From: Acidobacteriota bacterium
Lineage (GTDB): Bacteria; Acidobacteriota; UBA890; WLXD01
Length of the DNA stretch: 64,000 bases
NCBI GenBank assembly: GCA_963666215.2
Contig: CAXWPL010000004.1
Location: 160,001 to 224,000 of the forward strand
Reading direction: 5' to 3'
The position numbers and the translations under genes are program-made. Each line of letters starts with the position of its first letter. Position 1 is the stretch's first letter. Below, piece after piece: positions 39,380 through 49,391 of the stretch. Under the pieces are notes generated by a model that had not been told where the DNA came from, searched no databases, and was given only the letters and a program-made list of their open reading frames with translations.

Positions 39380-41593
39380 TCAGCAGGATAGACAGTTGTT
39401 GTTGTTCTTCGAGCGCAGGCCCTCGAGCAGGGCCATGGCAACCGGGAACGGCCGCACTCGCTGAACCGGCCCGTTGGCCATATCGGCAGTCGTCTGACCC
39501 TTGCGGCTGAGCGCCCTTACGTCGGCGCCCTTCGAGACGAGGTACAGCACCATTTGCACGTCGCCGCGTGCCGCGGCGTGGTGCAGCGGCGTGAACGCCT
39601 TGTCGTCGCGCAGGTTGACGTCGGCGCCGAGCTCCTCCACCAGATACTTCACCGAGGGGAGCCAGCCATCGGGCGCGTGCCGGTGCGAGTTCGCCGAGAA
39701 GCGCTCGCCGTATCCAGCGCCGGCAGCGGCGTGCAGCGGGAACACGGCTTGACCTCCCACGGCGACTGGCGGGATTCCCGACGAATCCTTTTGCTCGTCG
39801 CCGTCACCTGGATTCCGAGCGCCTCGCCTGCGGGTGGGAAGCTTCTTCGTGGGGATGTCGGGATCGGCTCCGTGAGCCATGAGCAGCCGCATTGCCGGCA
39901 CATCGGTGGCGTATGCAGCACGCCAGAACGGCGTGGCACCAGTCGTATCGAGCAGGTGATCGAAGTTGTACGAGCCGTGCCAAAGGTGCCGTTCGAGACG
40001 TGCGTTGGGGTCGGCGCCGGCTTGTAGCACAACCTCGGCCAGCTCGAGATAGCCGGTCTTCTGCTGCTTGTAGGCATTCTGTTGCGGATAACCGGCCTTC
40101 GGCGCCCAGTGAGTGTTCAATGCCGCGTAGAGCGGCGTCGCACCGTTGTCGCTCGCAAGGTTGGGATCCGCACCAAGCTCCAGCAACAACATGCTCAGGT
40201 CGAAGTGGCCGTTGATGATCGAGATCAGCAACGGGCTCGTTTGGTCGCCGGTGCTCACGCCGTTGATATCAGCACCCGAGTCCAAGAGCGCGACAACGGC
40301 CTCGGTATGACCCTCGCGAGCCGCGTACAGCAGCGCGGTCAAACCGCCATGCGCACCAACGAGCTCGGCGAAGCTCGGGGGCCGCGCCGGCGCCTCGGGC
40401 TTCTTGTCTTCGTCTTCTGACGCCTCCCCCTCTTCGCCCTCTCCGCCCTTGGCGGCTGCTTCGCCTTCAGGTGTCGCGTCATCCTCTTCGCCCTCGGCGG
40501 CTGCGTCTTCGCCTTCAGGCGTCGCGGCATCCTCTTCGCTCTCGTCGGCCTGGTCGAGCTGCTCGGGCTCGTCGACCTCGTCGGGCTGCTCGCCTTCTTC
40601 CGACACTGCAGCTCCGCTGGCTTCGGAGGTCTCGTCTTCGTTCTCCTCAGCTGCCGCCTCGGGCTGCGCGAGCCCTTCGACTTCCTCGGACTCTTCGGAT
40701 TCCGCGGGTTCTTCGCCCTCTTCCGCCGGCTCACCTTCTGGCGGACTCTCGCCCTCCTCGCCCTCCTCGCCTTCCTCGGGCTTCTCGGCTTCTTCGCCTT
40801 CTTCCGCTTCGGCGGTTTCGGTTTCCTCCGCTTCGGGCTCGGTCAGCTTGCGGATGGCTTCATCCGTTTGGCGGCGTAAGGTGCGGGCCGCGCGATCGGC
40901 TTTGTCTCGTTCCACAACATCGACCACCTTCGTGGCGATCGTCAGGTCGGCGCCGCGCTCGAGCAGCCGCGAGAGGGCTTCGAGACGGTCGTAGGCCGCC
41001 GCGAACATCAGGGGCGTCTGGCCCCAGGCGGATTCGGTGGCGTTGACGTCCGCTCCGTGATCGAGCAACACCTCCAACGCCTCGGAAGCGCCGCCTGCCG
41101 CCGCGAAGTGGAGCGCGCGCGCGCCGCCGGTGGTGGTGGTGGCGGCTTCGACGTCGGCGCCGACCTCGAGCAGAGTCGTCACGAGCTCGGCGTGTCCGGC
41201 TCTCACCGCCAGATGGAGCGGCGTGTAGCTGCCAATCCGCGTGGTCGCTTCTACGTTCGCGCCGGCGTACACCAGCATCGCCGCGAGATCTCGAGCTCCG
41301 TTCTCGGCGGCCCAGTGCAGAGCGGTCATGCCGTCGCTCTGCGCGGCGTTGACATCGACTCCAGCGCGCAACATTGCGCGCACGTTGTCGTGATCGCCGC
41401 GCATGGCAGCGTCGGCAACCGGTGCATCATCATCGGGCGCGGCACCAACCAGCGCGGGCGACAGAAGCGCGGCGGCGCACAAGACGATTACCCCGCGGCC
41501 GCGGAGGCTACCCGTGCGCGGTCTCCTGGGGCGATCGAGACTGGTGGATCTGTTGAATCTCGTGAAGAAGCCTGTCATTCCGTACCTTCTCAT
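39380..41593 (-). CDS. Ankyrin repeat protein with long acidic insertion
   Basis: DGMTALHWAA, TPLHLA, GQTPLMFAA, GATPFWRAA, and TPLHHAA repeats; C-terminal NNNCLSC. Confidence 0.9.
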   Translation of the reverse strand: MRRYGMTGFFTRFNRSTSLDRPRRPRTGSLRGRGVIVLCAAALLSPALVGAAPDDDAPVADAAMRGDHDNVRAMLRAGVDVNAAQSDGMTALHWAAENGARDLAAMLVYAGANVEATTRIGSYTPLHLAVRAGHAELVTTLLEVGADVEAATTTTGGARALHFAAAGGASEALEVLLDHGADVNATESAWGQTPLMFAAAYDRLEALSRLLERGADLTIATKVVDVVERDKADRAARTLRRQTDEAIRKLTEPEAEETETAEAEEGEEAEKPEEGEEGEEGESPPEGEPAEEGEEPAESEESEEVEGLAQPEAAAEENEDETSEASGAAVSEEGEQPDEVDEPEQLDQADESEEDAATPEGEDAAAEGEEDDATPEGEAAAKGGEGEEGEASEDEDKKPEAPARPPSFAELVGAHGGLTALLYAAREGHTEAVVALLDSGADINGVSTGDQTSPLLISIINGHFDLSMLLLELGADPNLASDNGATPLYAALNTHWAPKAGYPQQNAYKQQKTGYLELAEVVLQAGADPNARLERHLWHGSYNFDHLLDTTGATPFWRAAYATDVPAMRLLMAHGADPDIPTKKLPTRRRGARNPGDGDEQKDSSGIPPVAVGGQAVFPLHAAAGAGYGERFSANSHRHAPDGWLPSVKYLVEELGADVNLRDDKAFTPLHHAAARGDVQMVLYLVSKGADVRALSRKGQTTADMANGPVQRVRPFPVAMALLEGLRSKNNNNCLSC

Positions 41594-41607
41594 CTCGGCC
41601 GCGCGCC

Positions 41608-42996
41608 TCAGACGGACAGCGACAGTTCGCCCGTGCTGTCCCCGAAGCGCGACAAATCGTCATGCCCGAGCTTGTGCAGCAGACTCAGCATGACGTTGGC
41701 CATCGGCGTGCCGTCCGGTGCCTTCAGGTGCAGGTTCCCATCGAGTTGCCCGTTCGCCCCGCCGGCGATGAACAACGGGCAGCGACGATGGTTGTGCAGA
41801 TTGGGGTCACCCATAGGTGATCCGTAGATCACCATCGTCTTCTCGAGCAGATTCGTATCGCCCTCGCTGATCTCCTGCAGCTTCTGGAGCAGGTAGGGGA
41901 TCGTGCTGACGTGGTAGCGATTCATCTCCCCGAATTCTTCGATCGCGGCTTCCCGGCCTCCGTGGTGCGACGCGGGGTGGAACCCCTTGTCGACCCCGCT
42001 GCCAGGGTAGACCCGGGCCGAGGCGTCGCGGCCGAGCTTGAACGAGAAAATCCGCGTCGTGTCCGACGCGAACGCCAGCACCTGGAGGTCGAACATCAAC
42101 TCCACGTGATCTTTGAACGAATCGGGAACGCCAGCGGGAGCCTCTGGCAAGGCGCGCTCTTCGCCACTGCTGTTACGATCTTCAATGAGCTCGATGCGGC
42201 GCTCGACTTCGCGGATATTCTGCAGATAACGATCGAGCCGTAGCTGGTCGGCGGCGCCGAAATCCTGCCTGAGATGCGCCACTTCGCGAGCAATCCAGTC
42301 GAGCACGCTACGCTTGTTGCGGCGGCGCGCCGCGCGCTGCTCAGCCGTGCCGCCAGCGCCGAACAAACGGTCGAACACCGCACGCGGATCGCGGATCATC
42401 GGCAGCGCCTCTGTGGGCGACGCCCAGCTGATGGTGTCGGAATACACGCAGGCATAGCCGTAGTCACAGCCGCCGGCCTGATCGACGTTCTCGATGCACA
42501 GCTGCATCGACGGGATCGGCGTGCTCTGGCCAAAACGGTTGGCGTAGATCTGATCGAACGAGGTGCCGGCGAGGACGTCTGAACCCTCGGTTTGCTTCGG
42601 ATGCGACTGCGTGAGGAAAACGGCGCTGGAGCGGTAGTGATCGCCGCCGATCTCGTGCGACTCGAAGGCCTCGGCCATCTTGACGTCTGTATTGCTGACA
42701 ATCGTGAGGTGTTTGCGCCAAGGATCGAGCGGCAACAGCGAGCTCGGTGTCAGATCGAAGTCGTTCCCGGTGGCGCTGGGCGCCCAAAGATTCTTGCCGG
42801 CGCCGTATTCGTTGCTACCGGCCGCACCGTGAACCATCTCGATACAGATCAGTCGCGTCGGGTCGTCGGTCTCTGCGGCCCGCGTCGCGGCCCAGCTGCC
42901 AGCTGGCACCATCGCATCGAGAAAAGGCAGCGCTACCGTTGTCCCGACGCCGCGCAGAACAGTACGTCGGGAGATCCGCTTCCTCGTCAGGTACAT
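41608..42996 (-). CDS. DUF1552 domain protein
   Basis: SRRTVLRG..VALPFLDAM Tat-like start, FHPASHH (HxxSHH), and NLHNH motifs. Confidence 0.9.
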   Translation of the reverse strand: MYLTRKRISRRTVLRGVGTTVALPFLDAMVPAGSWAATRAAETDDPTRLICIEMVHGAAGSNEYGAGKNLWAPSATGNDFDLTPSSLLPLDPWRKHLTIVSNTDVKMAEAFESHEIGGDHYRSSAVFLTQSHPKQTEGSDVLAGTSFDQIYANRFGQSTPIPSMQLCIENVDQAGGCDYGYACVYSDTISWASPTEALPMIRDPRAVFDRLFGAGGTAEQRAARRRNKRSVLDWIAREVAHLRQDFGAADQLRLDRYLQNIREVERRIELIEDRNSSGEERALPEAPAGVPDSFKDHVELMFDLQVLAFASDTTRIFSFKLGRDASARVYPGSGVDKGFHPASHHGGREAAIEEFGEMNRYHVSTIPYLLQKLQEISEGDTNLLEKTMVIYGSPMGDPNLHNHRRCPLFIAGGANGQLDGNLHLKAPDGTPMANVMLSLLHKLGHDDLSRFGDSTGELSLSV

Positions 42997-43041
42997 CGGC
43001 ACTCCGCCTTTTTGATTCTTTTCTTGAGTCTCGTTCGCGTG

Positions 43042-45501
43042 CTAGCGGGAATCGGATGCGTTGCCGCGCACCACTAGCGTAGTGCTCCGAGCCCTGTCGT
43101 TGTGCCGGAACGCGGCGCTGTTGACCACTCCATGAATGAACGCCGACATGCGGCTACCGTTGAGGGCGGCCTCGTGCACGATGGCCCGTACCTCGGGCAT
43201 GTCGGAATACTCGAGCCGCCGGCCAATGGCGTAGGACAGCAGGTTCTCGGTGAAGTTCGTGAGGATCGAGTCGGAATATTGCAGCAACGCCGCCTGCAAG
43301 TCGGCCGGGCTACCGAGCTGGGTTCCGTCGTACAGCATGCCCGTTGCATCGATCGGGGCATCGTTGTCCTTTGTGCGCCAGGCGCCCGTCACGTCGTAGT
43401 TCTCCAACGCCAGCCCCAGCGGGTCGATCACTCGGTGGCACGAGGCGCAGGCCGGGTTGGCCCGATGCTCCTCCATGCGCTCGCGCACGGTCAGCAGACG
43501 GCCTTCGCGCACCGGGTTCGTCGCGTCGAGATCGGGGACGTCGGGAGGCGGCGGCGGGGGCGGGGTTCCCAGTAGAACTCCGAGCACCCACTTGCCGCGT
43601 AGGACGGCCGAAGTGCGATCAGCATGCGACGTCAAGGTCAGGATGCTGCCGTGGCCGAGCAACCCGCGCCGTTCTTGACCCTGCAGAGAGACCCGACGGA
43701 ATCCCGCGCCGCTGACGTTCGGAATGCCGTAGTGATTGGCGAGCCGCTCGTTGACAAACGTGTAGTCGGCGGTGAGGAGCTCCAGCGCGCTGCGATCGTC
43801 CTGCACGAGATAGTTGAAGAACAGCTCCGTCTCACGCCGCATCGCGTCGCCGAGCTGCTGGTGGAAATCGGGAAACAGGAGCGCGTCCGGATGGACCTTC
43901 TCCAGATCTTGCAGGCGGAGCCATTGGGCGGCGAAGCGTGTGCCCAGAGCAGCGGCGCGCGGGTCGGCGAGCATGCGGTCGACCTGCCGCGCGAGCACGG
44001 CAGGATCGGACAAGCGCCCCTCGGCTCCGACGCCGATCAACTCGTCGTCGGGCGGCGCGGCCCACAGGAAGAAGGAGAGCCGCGAAGCCAGCGTCGCGTC
44101 GCTGACGAGCGAGTCCGCGCTGCTGTCGCCGGAGCCCGCGCTCGCCGAGCGTTCCTCCAGGCGGAAGACGAAATAGGGACTCGCGAGAATCGCCTCCAGC
44201 GCCGAGGTGATGCCCACCTCGAAGCCGCCCTCATCTGCGCCGGCCTCGTAGAACTCCATCAACGAACCACGATCTCGCTTGATCAGCGGCCGCCGATAAG
44301 CCTCGGATGCCAGCCGCGTAACAATCAACTCGGCGCAGGTCAACTCCTCATCGGGCGCCGTTGGCCTGCAGCTGAAGATGTTGTCGCGGCTCACCGAGGC
44401 CGAGACCCCGGTGGCGTTGTACGGCCCAGCTATCGACAGGTTGCGCAGGTGAGGCAAGGTGGTCACGCCGTATGCCGAGCCGATCGTCTTGTCGGCGATG
44501 CTCCATTCGTGCGGCGACAGCAGGTCGGGCGGCGAACCCTCGGTCTTGCGGATGAAGGCTGCCGTTACTCGCTGCGGCCCAGCACGTACGTAGCTGGGCT
44601 CTGTTTTCAGATTCTCGTTGTCGGCGTCCATGTAGCGGTCGAGGTCGAGCAGCGCAACGCGCTCGCCGTCGATCGATACCTCGATCTGCTCGTCGTGGTA
44701 GGTCGTCGACCCGTACAGGAACGCGATCGGCGCGTCGAAGAACGCCATCGTGAACACATACTCGCCGTCCGCCGGGAACACGTGATCTATCGAGAGGCCA
44801 CCACGAGTGCCGTACGGAGCTCCTTCAACGCGATCGTTCTGCGAGGCATAGCGCGGCACGCTGTAGCGCGATTCCACAACCGTGGCGTCGGGGTCGCCCA
44901 CGGCGAGGCGGCTGATCTCGCTCGCAGCACTCAGGTAGCCCTCCATCACCGTGACCGAAAGGCCTTGAACGTCGGCGATGTTGTCGAAGCCGGCGCTCAC
45001 GGTATCGGGCGGCAGGTAGGTGTCGACGTCGATCTGGAGAAGCAGCAAATCGCTGATCGAGCGCTCGTACTCCGCTCGGTTGAGTCTCTGGAAAGTACGT
45101 CCTCCCGGACTCGGTTTTGCCGCGGCGGCCGTGTCGACGCGGCTCACCAACGTGGCAACGAGCTCTTCGACAACCGTACGCTCAGGACGGCGCGCAGGCA
45201 GCGGCGGCATGATGCCGGCCTGCAGCTTGCGGATGAGCTTTTCCGACAGCTCCGCGTTCTGCCCAGCTCGAGCAACATCGAAGTTTTCGAGCGTCAGGCC
45301 GCCGGTCAGTGTGGCGTCGTTGTGGCAACGCAGACAATAGCGGCCGATCACCTGGTTCTGAACATCGTCCGAGCCGGCGCTCACGGGTTGCACGGCCTGG
45401 CGAGCCGGCCCCGTAGGGCGAAGCGGTTCGGCGGGCGCAACCGGCGTAACTGCCGCCGCCACGAACGCGGCTCCCGCCAACGCCAGGGTAAGCCTTTGCA
45501 T
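43042..45501 (-). CDS. DUF1592/DUF1588/DUF1587 cytochrome c-type domain protein
   Basis: CLRCH and CASCH heme motifs; RLNRAEY; LASRLSFFLW; TSAVLRGKWVL; PPPPP. Confidence 0.9.
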   Translation of the reverse strand: MQRLTLALAGAAFVAAAVTPVAPAEPLRPTGPARQAVQPVSAGSDDVQNQVIGRYCLRCHNDATLTGGLTLENFDVARAGQNAELSEKLIRKLQAGIMPPLPARRPERTVVEELVATLVSRVDTAAAAKPSPGGRTFQRLNRAEYERSISDLLLLQIDVDTYLPPDTVSAGFDNIADVQGLSVTVMEGYLSAASEISRLAVGDPDATVVESRYSVPRYASQNDRVEGAPYGTRGGLSIDHVFPADGEYVFTMAFFDAPIAFLYGSTTYHDEQIEVSIDGERVALLDLDRYMDADNENLKTEPSYVRAGPQRVTAAFIRKTEGSPPDLLSPHEWSIADKTIGSAYGVTTLPHLRNLSIAGPYNATGVSASVSRDNIFSCRPTAPDEELTCAELIVTRLASEAYRRPLIKRDRGSLMEFYEAGADEGGFEVGITSALEAILASPYFVFRLEERSASAGSGDSSADSLVSDATLASRLSFFLWAAPPDDELIGVGAEGRLSDPAVLARQVDRMLADPRAAALGTRFAAQWLRLQDLEKVHPDALLFPDFHQQLGDAMRRETELFFNYLVQDDRSALELLTADYTFVNERLANHYGIPNVSGAGFRRVSLQGQERRGLLGHGSILTLTSHADRTSAVLRGKWVLGVLLGTPPPPPPPDVPDLDATNPVREGRLLTVRERMEEHRANPACASCHRVIDPLGLALENYDVTGAWRTKDNDAPIDATGMLYDGTQLGSPADLQAALLQYSDSILTNFTENLLSYAIGRRLEYSDMPEVRAIVHEAALNGSRMSAFIHGVVNSAAFRHNDRARSTTLVVRGNASDSR

Positions 45502-45746
45502 GCCTCTCTCCATTCCCGCGCATACCGCCGCGAATGCGGCAACGGGCCGAGTATACGGCCGATTCGCTCGCTCGCCCAGCAGTCAGCAGCCGTCTCGGAA
45601 GAGATTCTCGGAAGTTCAACCGAGCCGGCGTCCCCGAGCCATCCCCTGCGCAGGGGCGTCGCGCCGCGAAGCCGATCCTTGCCGCGCACGTTGATCCTCT
45701 ACAAACTCCCGTTGAGCTCTGTCCAGACTCCAGCCAGGAACTCGAG

Positions 45747-46577
45747 ATGTCAGTCGAGCGCCCCCACACTCCCTTCCGCGACGACGGCCCCGGCATGTAC
45801 GGCGACGACCTGGCTCACGTTCACCACGCCGGATTCACCGGCTACGTGCGTGGCGCCGCGCCGGCGATCCTGGCGGCAGCTCAAAGCGCCGGCATCCACC
45901 GCGGCCGCGCCGTCGACTTGGGATGCGGCAGCGGTGTGTGGCTGCGGCAAGCCAGCGTCGCGGGCTTCGAGGCGTTGGGCATCGATCGCTCGGAATCGAT
46001 GCTCCGTCTCGCGCGCGCGGCAGCCCCCGAAGCACAGCTGCGAGTCGGCTCCATTTACGAGACCGATCTCCCGGAATGCAGCGTTGTCACGGCCGTGGGT
46101 GAGGTGCTCAGCTATGTCGATCCGGACACCGGCGAAGCCGCCCCCACGAACCTTTTCTTCCAGCGCGTCTTCAATGTGCTGACGTCGCCCGGGCTGTTCA
46201 TGTTCGATCTGTTCGTCGCCTCCGCGGGCGCGCCAATGGGGTATCGGAACTGGTACGCAGCCGACGACTGGACCATCCTCGTCGAAGCCACCGAGGACGT
46301 CGCCCGCGCCCGCCTGCATCGCGATCAGATCACCTTTCGCGAGATCGACGGCACCTTCCGTCGCAGCCACGAGCGCCACGTGCTGCGGGTGGCGGAGCCG
46401 GCCGAAATCGCGGCTCAGTTGCGCGACGCGGGCTTCAGCGTCGAAGCCTCGACCGCGTACGGCAACTTCGAGCTGCCTCCGCGACGCATGGCCTTCACGG
46501 CAATCAAGGACGGCCGCGCGGCCGCGCGCGAGCCGAGTTTCTCGGACACATCGGATCTTCCCGAAAACCCCGACTAG
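45747..46577 (+). CDS. Class I SAM-dependent methyltransferase
   Basis: VDLGCGSG and GIDRSESML motifs. Confidence 0.85.
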   Translation: MSVERPHTPFRDDGPGMYGDDLAHVHHAGFTGYVRGAAPAILAAAQSAGIHRGRAVDLGCGSGVWLRQASVAGFEALGIDRSESMLRLARAAAPEAQLRVGSIYETDLPECSVVTAVGEVLSYVDPDTGEAAPTNLFFQRVFNVLTSPGLFMFDLFVASAGAPMGYRNWYAADDWTILVEATEDVARARLHRDQITFREIDGTFRRSHERHVLRVAEPAEIAAQLRDAGFSVEASTAYGNFELPPRRMAFTAIKDGRAAAREPSFSDTSDLPENPD

Positions 46578-47464
46578 ATCTCCTCGAGCACATCCGCAGG
46601 CACCCAGCCGACCTTGCCATCGTCGAGGACGATCTCAACCCAGTCGTCGGAGCGCCGGTCGATACGAACGTGCGTCCCCTCGTGAATCGCGAACAGCAGC
46701 AATGCGGGGTCGTCGGCAGGGGCACTGTGAACCGACACCTCGCCGGCCAGAACCACACCTTCGGCGGGAACGCCGATGCCGAGATCACGCACCGCGAGAT
46801 TAACGCCGAAGGTCAGCGCTACGATCGCCGCAATCACGGCCGCGCGCAGCGCCCACGTTCCGCCCAGCCCCGGCCTCAGGACGCGCGCCACGACGATGCC
46901 CATGGCCAGCAAGTAGCCGAGAGCTACGAGTCCTATCAACAGACCGCGCGGTAGCAGGTGAATCCACCAGCGGATGGCTCGAAAGAGCCAGAACTCGGGA
47001 ATCGGGGTGACTTCGTCGACGGTCAAGGAGCGCGCGATCTCGAGATTGGCGAGCAGGTTCTCGTCGCCCGGCATCCATCGTCGCGCCCGCTCGTAGTGGA
47101 GGATCGAGCGGCCGACGTCACCGAGCTTGAAGTACGTGTTGCCCAGGTTGTGGTGCAGGGCGCCGCTATCGAAGCCCGCGCTCTCGACTTGGAGATAGCT
47201 GGCTAGCGCGGCCTCGAAGTCGCTTTCCTGGTAGAGCCGATTGCCCTCGTGGTAGGCGGCTTCGGCCGCGCCTGGATCACCGCTGGCGTCAACAGGCTGT
47301 GCGAGGGCAGAAAGACAGAGCCCGAGCGAAGTACCGAGCACGGCCAGGGCCAGGCCCAGGACCTCGCGACGTCGCCGCAAGCAAATCATGTGCGCATTCT
47401 CGGATTCACGGTGCGGGCTTTCGGATTCATGGCGCCTCGGTCGAGGCATCTGATCACTGTGCAT
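46574..47464 (-). CDS. batE: BatE-like TPR + SH3 protein
   Basis: TPR HNLGNTYFK..SILHYERA, two transmembrane helices, IHEGTHV...GKVGWV; start codon uncertain. Confidence 0.8.
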   Translation of the reverse strand: MHSDQMPRPRRHESESPHRESENAHMICLRRRREVLGLALAVLGTSLGLCLSALAQPVDASGDPGAAEAAYHEGNRLYQESDFEAALASYLQVESAGFDSGALHHNLGNTYFKLGDVGRSILHYERARRWMPGDENLLANLEIARSLTVDEVTPIPEFWLFRAIRWWIHLLPRGLLIGLVALGYLLAMGIVVARVLRPGLGGTWALRAAVIAAIVALTFGVNLAVRDLGIGVPAEGVVLAGEVSVHSAPADDPALLLFAIHEGTHVRIDRRSDDWVEIVLDDGKVGWVPADVLEEI

Positions 47465-47468
47465 CCGA

Positions 47469-49391
47469 TCACCTGGCGAGCTCGCGCTCGAGACTCGTCA
47501 TCGCTGCGGCAACACGGTCGAGGAAGGCCGACCGCTGGTCGGCGTCGTTGCTTGGCGGCGCGAAACGGTGACGATCGCACTGCGACAGGCACGCCAGCAC
47601 GTCGGCGCTCGTCTCGGCCGTCACACCGCGATCGCCGAGGAGCTCGCGGGCCTGGTCGCGAATCAGGCCGGCTTCCGCCAGGTCGAGCTGGTCGGCGATA
47701 AAGCCCTCGAGCGAGCGCGCCGTCTCTGCGTAGAAATCGCGCGCCTCGTCGCTGCCCACCAACGAGCGCGCCTGCGCCAATCGTTTACGCGCCAGACGAC
47801 TGGCGCGACGACGACGCGCGTAGGCCACGTCGCCGAGCAGCCGGTCGCGATGGCGGCGCACCACGAGCGCCCCAGTGAGCACGAGCAAGGGAAGTGCCAG
47901 CACGAGCCAAAAGCCTGGGTGCCCGAAGAGTGTCGTGCCACGGCGAACCAGGCCAGGCGCGTCGAGGCGGATGAACCGAATGTCCGTCCTCAGGGCCGCC
48001 ACAGACGAGCGTGCCGGGGAGTCAGGACCGCCGAGGTCGCTGGCACCGACATCGCGTCCGCTCACCTCGATGCTCAGCGGCTCGGTCGCCGCCACTGCAT
48101 ACGCTTCCCTAGAAAGATCGTAGTAGCCGATCTCCACGCTCGGGATCGTGTATACACCCGGCGCCCGCGGAATCAATACGTACTCATAGGTCCGCGTACC
48201 GGAAACGCCACGGTCGCTACGGCGAATCTGATCGCTCACCTCGGGCGGAAAGGCTTCGAACCCCGCCGGGACATCGATCTGCGGCTCGGCCATGGCGCGA
48301 AGATTGCCTGTGCCCGACACCGCAACTCGCAACGTCACGGCGTCGTTGGTTCCGACCTCGGACTTGTCAGCGCTGGCGGTCACCTCGAGATCCCCCACGA
48401 AACCCGCGAAGCTGTCGGGTCGCCCGGAGAGCGGCGGCGACTCCACCTCGATCTCTACCGCCGCCGACGCGGCGGAAATCGGCACCATGCGTCCGAACGC
48501 GCTCAACAGCGAGCCGCGTCCGAAGAAGTCATCAAGACCACCGAACGGATCACGCGGGTCGCGCCCGCGCATGCGGGCCTGAGCTTCAACACCGAGCGGC
48601 TCGACGACTTTGGTTCCAGAGGCGGTCGGAAACATCACAACCTTGCGGACGACGACCGTCGCGTAGCGCTGACCGTCGCGCACAACCTCTTGGACCTGCG
48701 GCGAGTTTGGCAGCTCGATCTCTTCTACCCAGAAACCGGCCGTCGACGGCACGCTGGTGAGTCCATACGACCTGATCTCGAGCTTGGTGAAGAGCTTGTA
48801 CTCGACGATCACCGGCTCGTTCTGCAGCACGCGACGGCGACTCGGCTCCGCAACGATGAAGAAGTCTTCGGGCGCGATCGAGTCACCAGAGCCATCGTCG
48901 ATGACGCCGCCCCGACCTCTCGGAGTGCCGGCCGCGCCACCTCCGGACGGCGGGCTGGCGCTCACAGTCAGTGTTAGTGCCTCGGTCTCGAAAGCCTGCC
49001 CGTCAACGCCCACCGTCATCGGCGGGATCTCGAACGCCCCCTCCTGCGTCGCCTGATAGCGGTACTGGAGAGTGAAGGAAACGCTCGTGACACCGTTGCT
49101 CATCTGGAACGACTGCGATTGCTGGCGGCCCAGAAAGCGCGCGAAAGCTGCCAGGTCCGGCTGAGGTTCCTGGTCGATGTCGCGGGCGCCGGAGACCTGC
49201 ACGTTGAGCATGAACGACTGTCCGACGCCGACTTCGGTGTGGCTCAGATAAGCCGCCACCGTCGCGTCCTGGGCCGCGAACGAGCTGGCGGCGGCCGGAA
49301 TCCCGAGCAGGTGCAGACCGCAAACACTGGCCAGCGAAAGAGCGAGCGAGCGAGCGGCCCGCACTCGAAGATCGAAGCGCGGCGACTGCAT
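47469..49391 (-). CDS. batD: BatD family protein
   Basis: Ig-like Bat domains, G.GNL motif, C-terminal transmembrane helix and RFAP; position in the Bat operon. Confidence 0.85.
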   Translation of the reverse strand: MQSPRFDLRVRAARSLALSLASVCGLHLLGIPAAASSFAAQDATVAAYLSHTEVGVGQSFMLNVQVSGARDIDQEPQPDLAAFARFLGRQQSQSFQMSNGVTSVSFTLQYRYQATQEGAFEIPPMTVGVDGQAFETEALTLTVSASPPSGGGAAGTPRGRGGVIDDGSGDSIAPEDFFIVAEPSRRRVLQNEPVIVEYKLFTKLEIRSYGLTSVPSTAGFWVEEIELPNSPQVQEVVRDGQRYATVVVRKVVMFPTASGTKVVEPLGVEAQARMRGRDPRDPFGGLDDFFGRGSLLSAFGRMVPISAASAAVEIEVESPPLSGRPDSFAGFVGDLEVTASADKSEVGTNDAVTLRVAVSGTGNLRAMAEPQIDVPAGFEAFPPEVSDQIRRSDRGVSGTRTYEYVLIPRAPGVYTIPSVEIGYYDLSREAYAVAATEPLSIEVSGRDVGASDLGGPDSPARSSVAALRTDIRFIRLDAPGLVRRGTTLFGHPGFWLVLALPLLVLTGALVVRRHRDRLLGDVAYARRRRASRLARKRLAQARSLVGSDEARDFYAETARSLEGFIADQLDLAEAGLIRDQARELLGDRGVTAETSADVLACLSQCDRHRFAPPSNDADQRSAFLDRVAAAMTSLERELAR

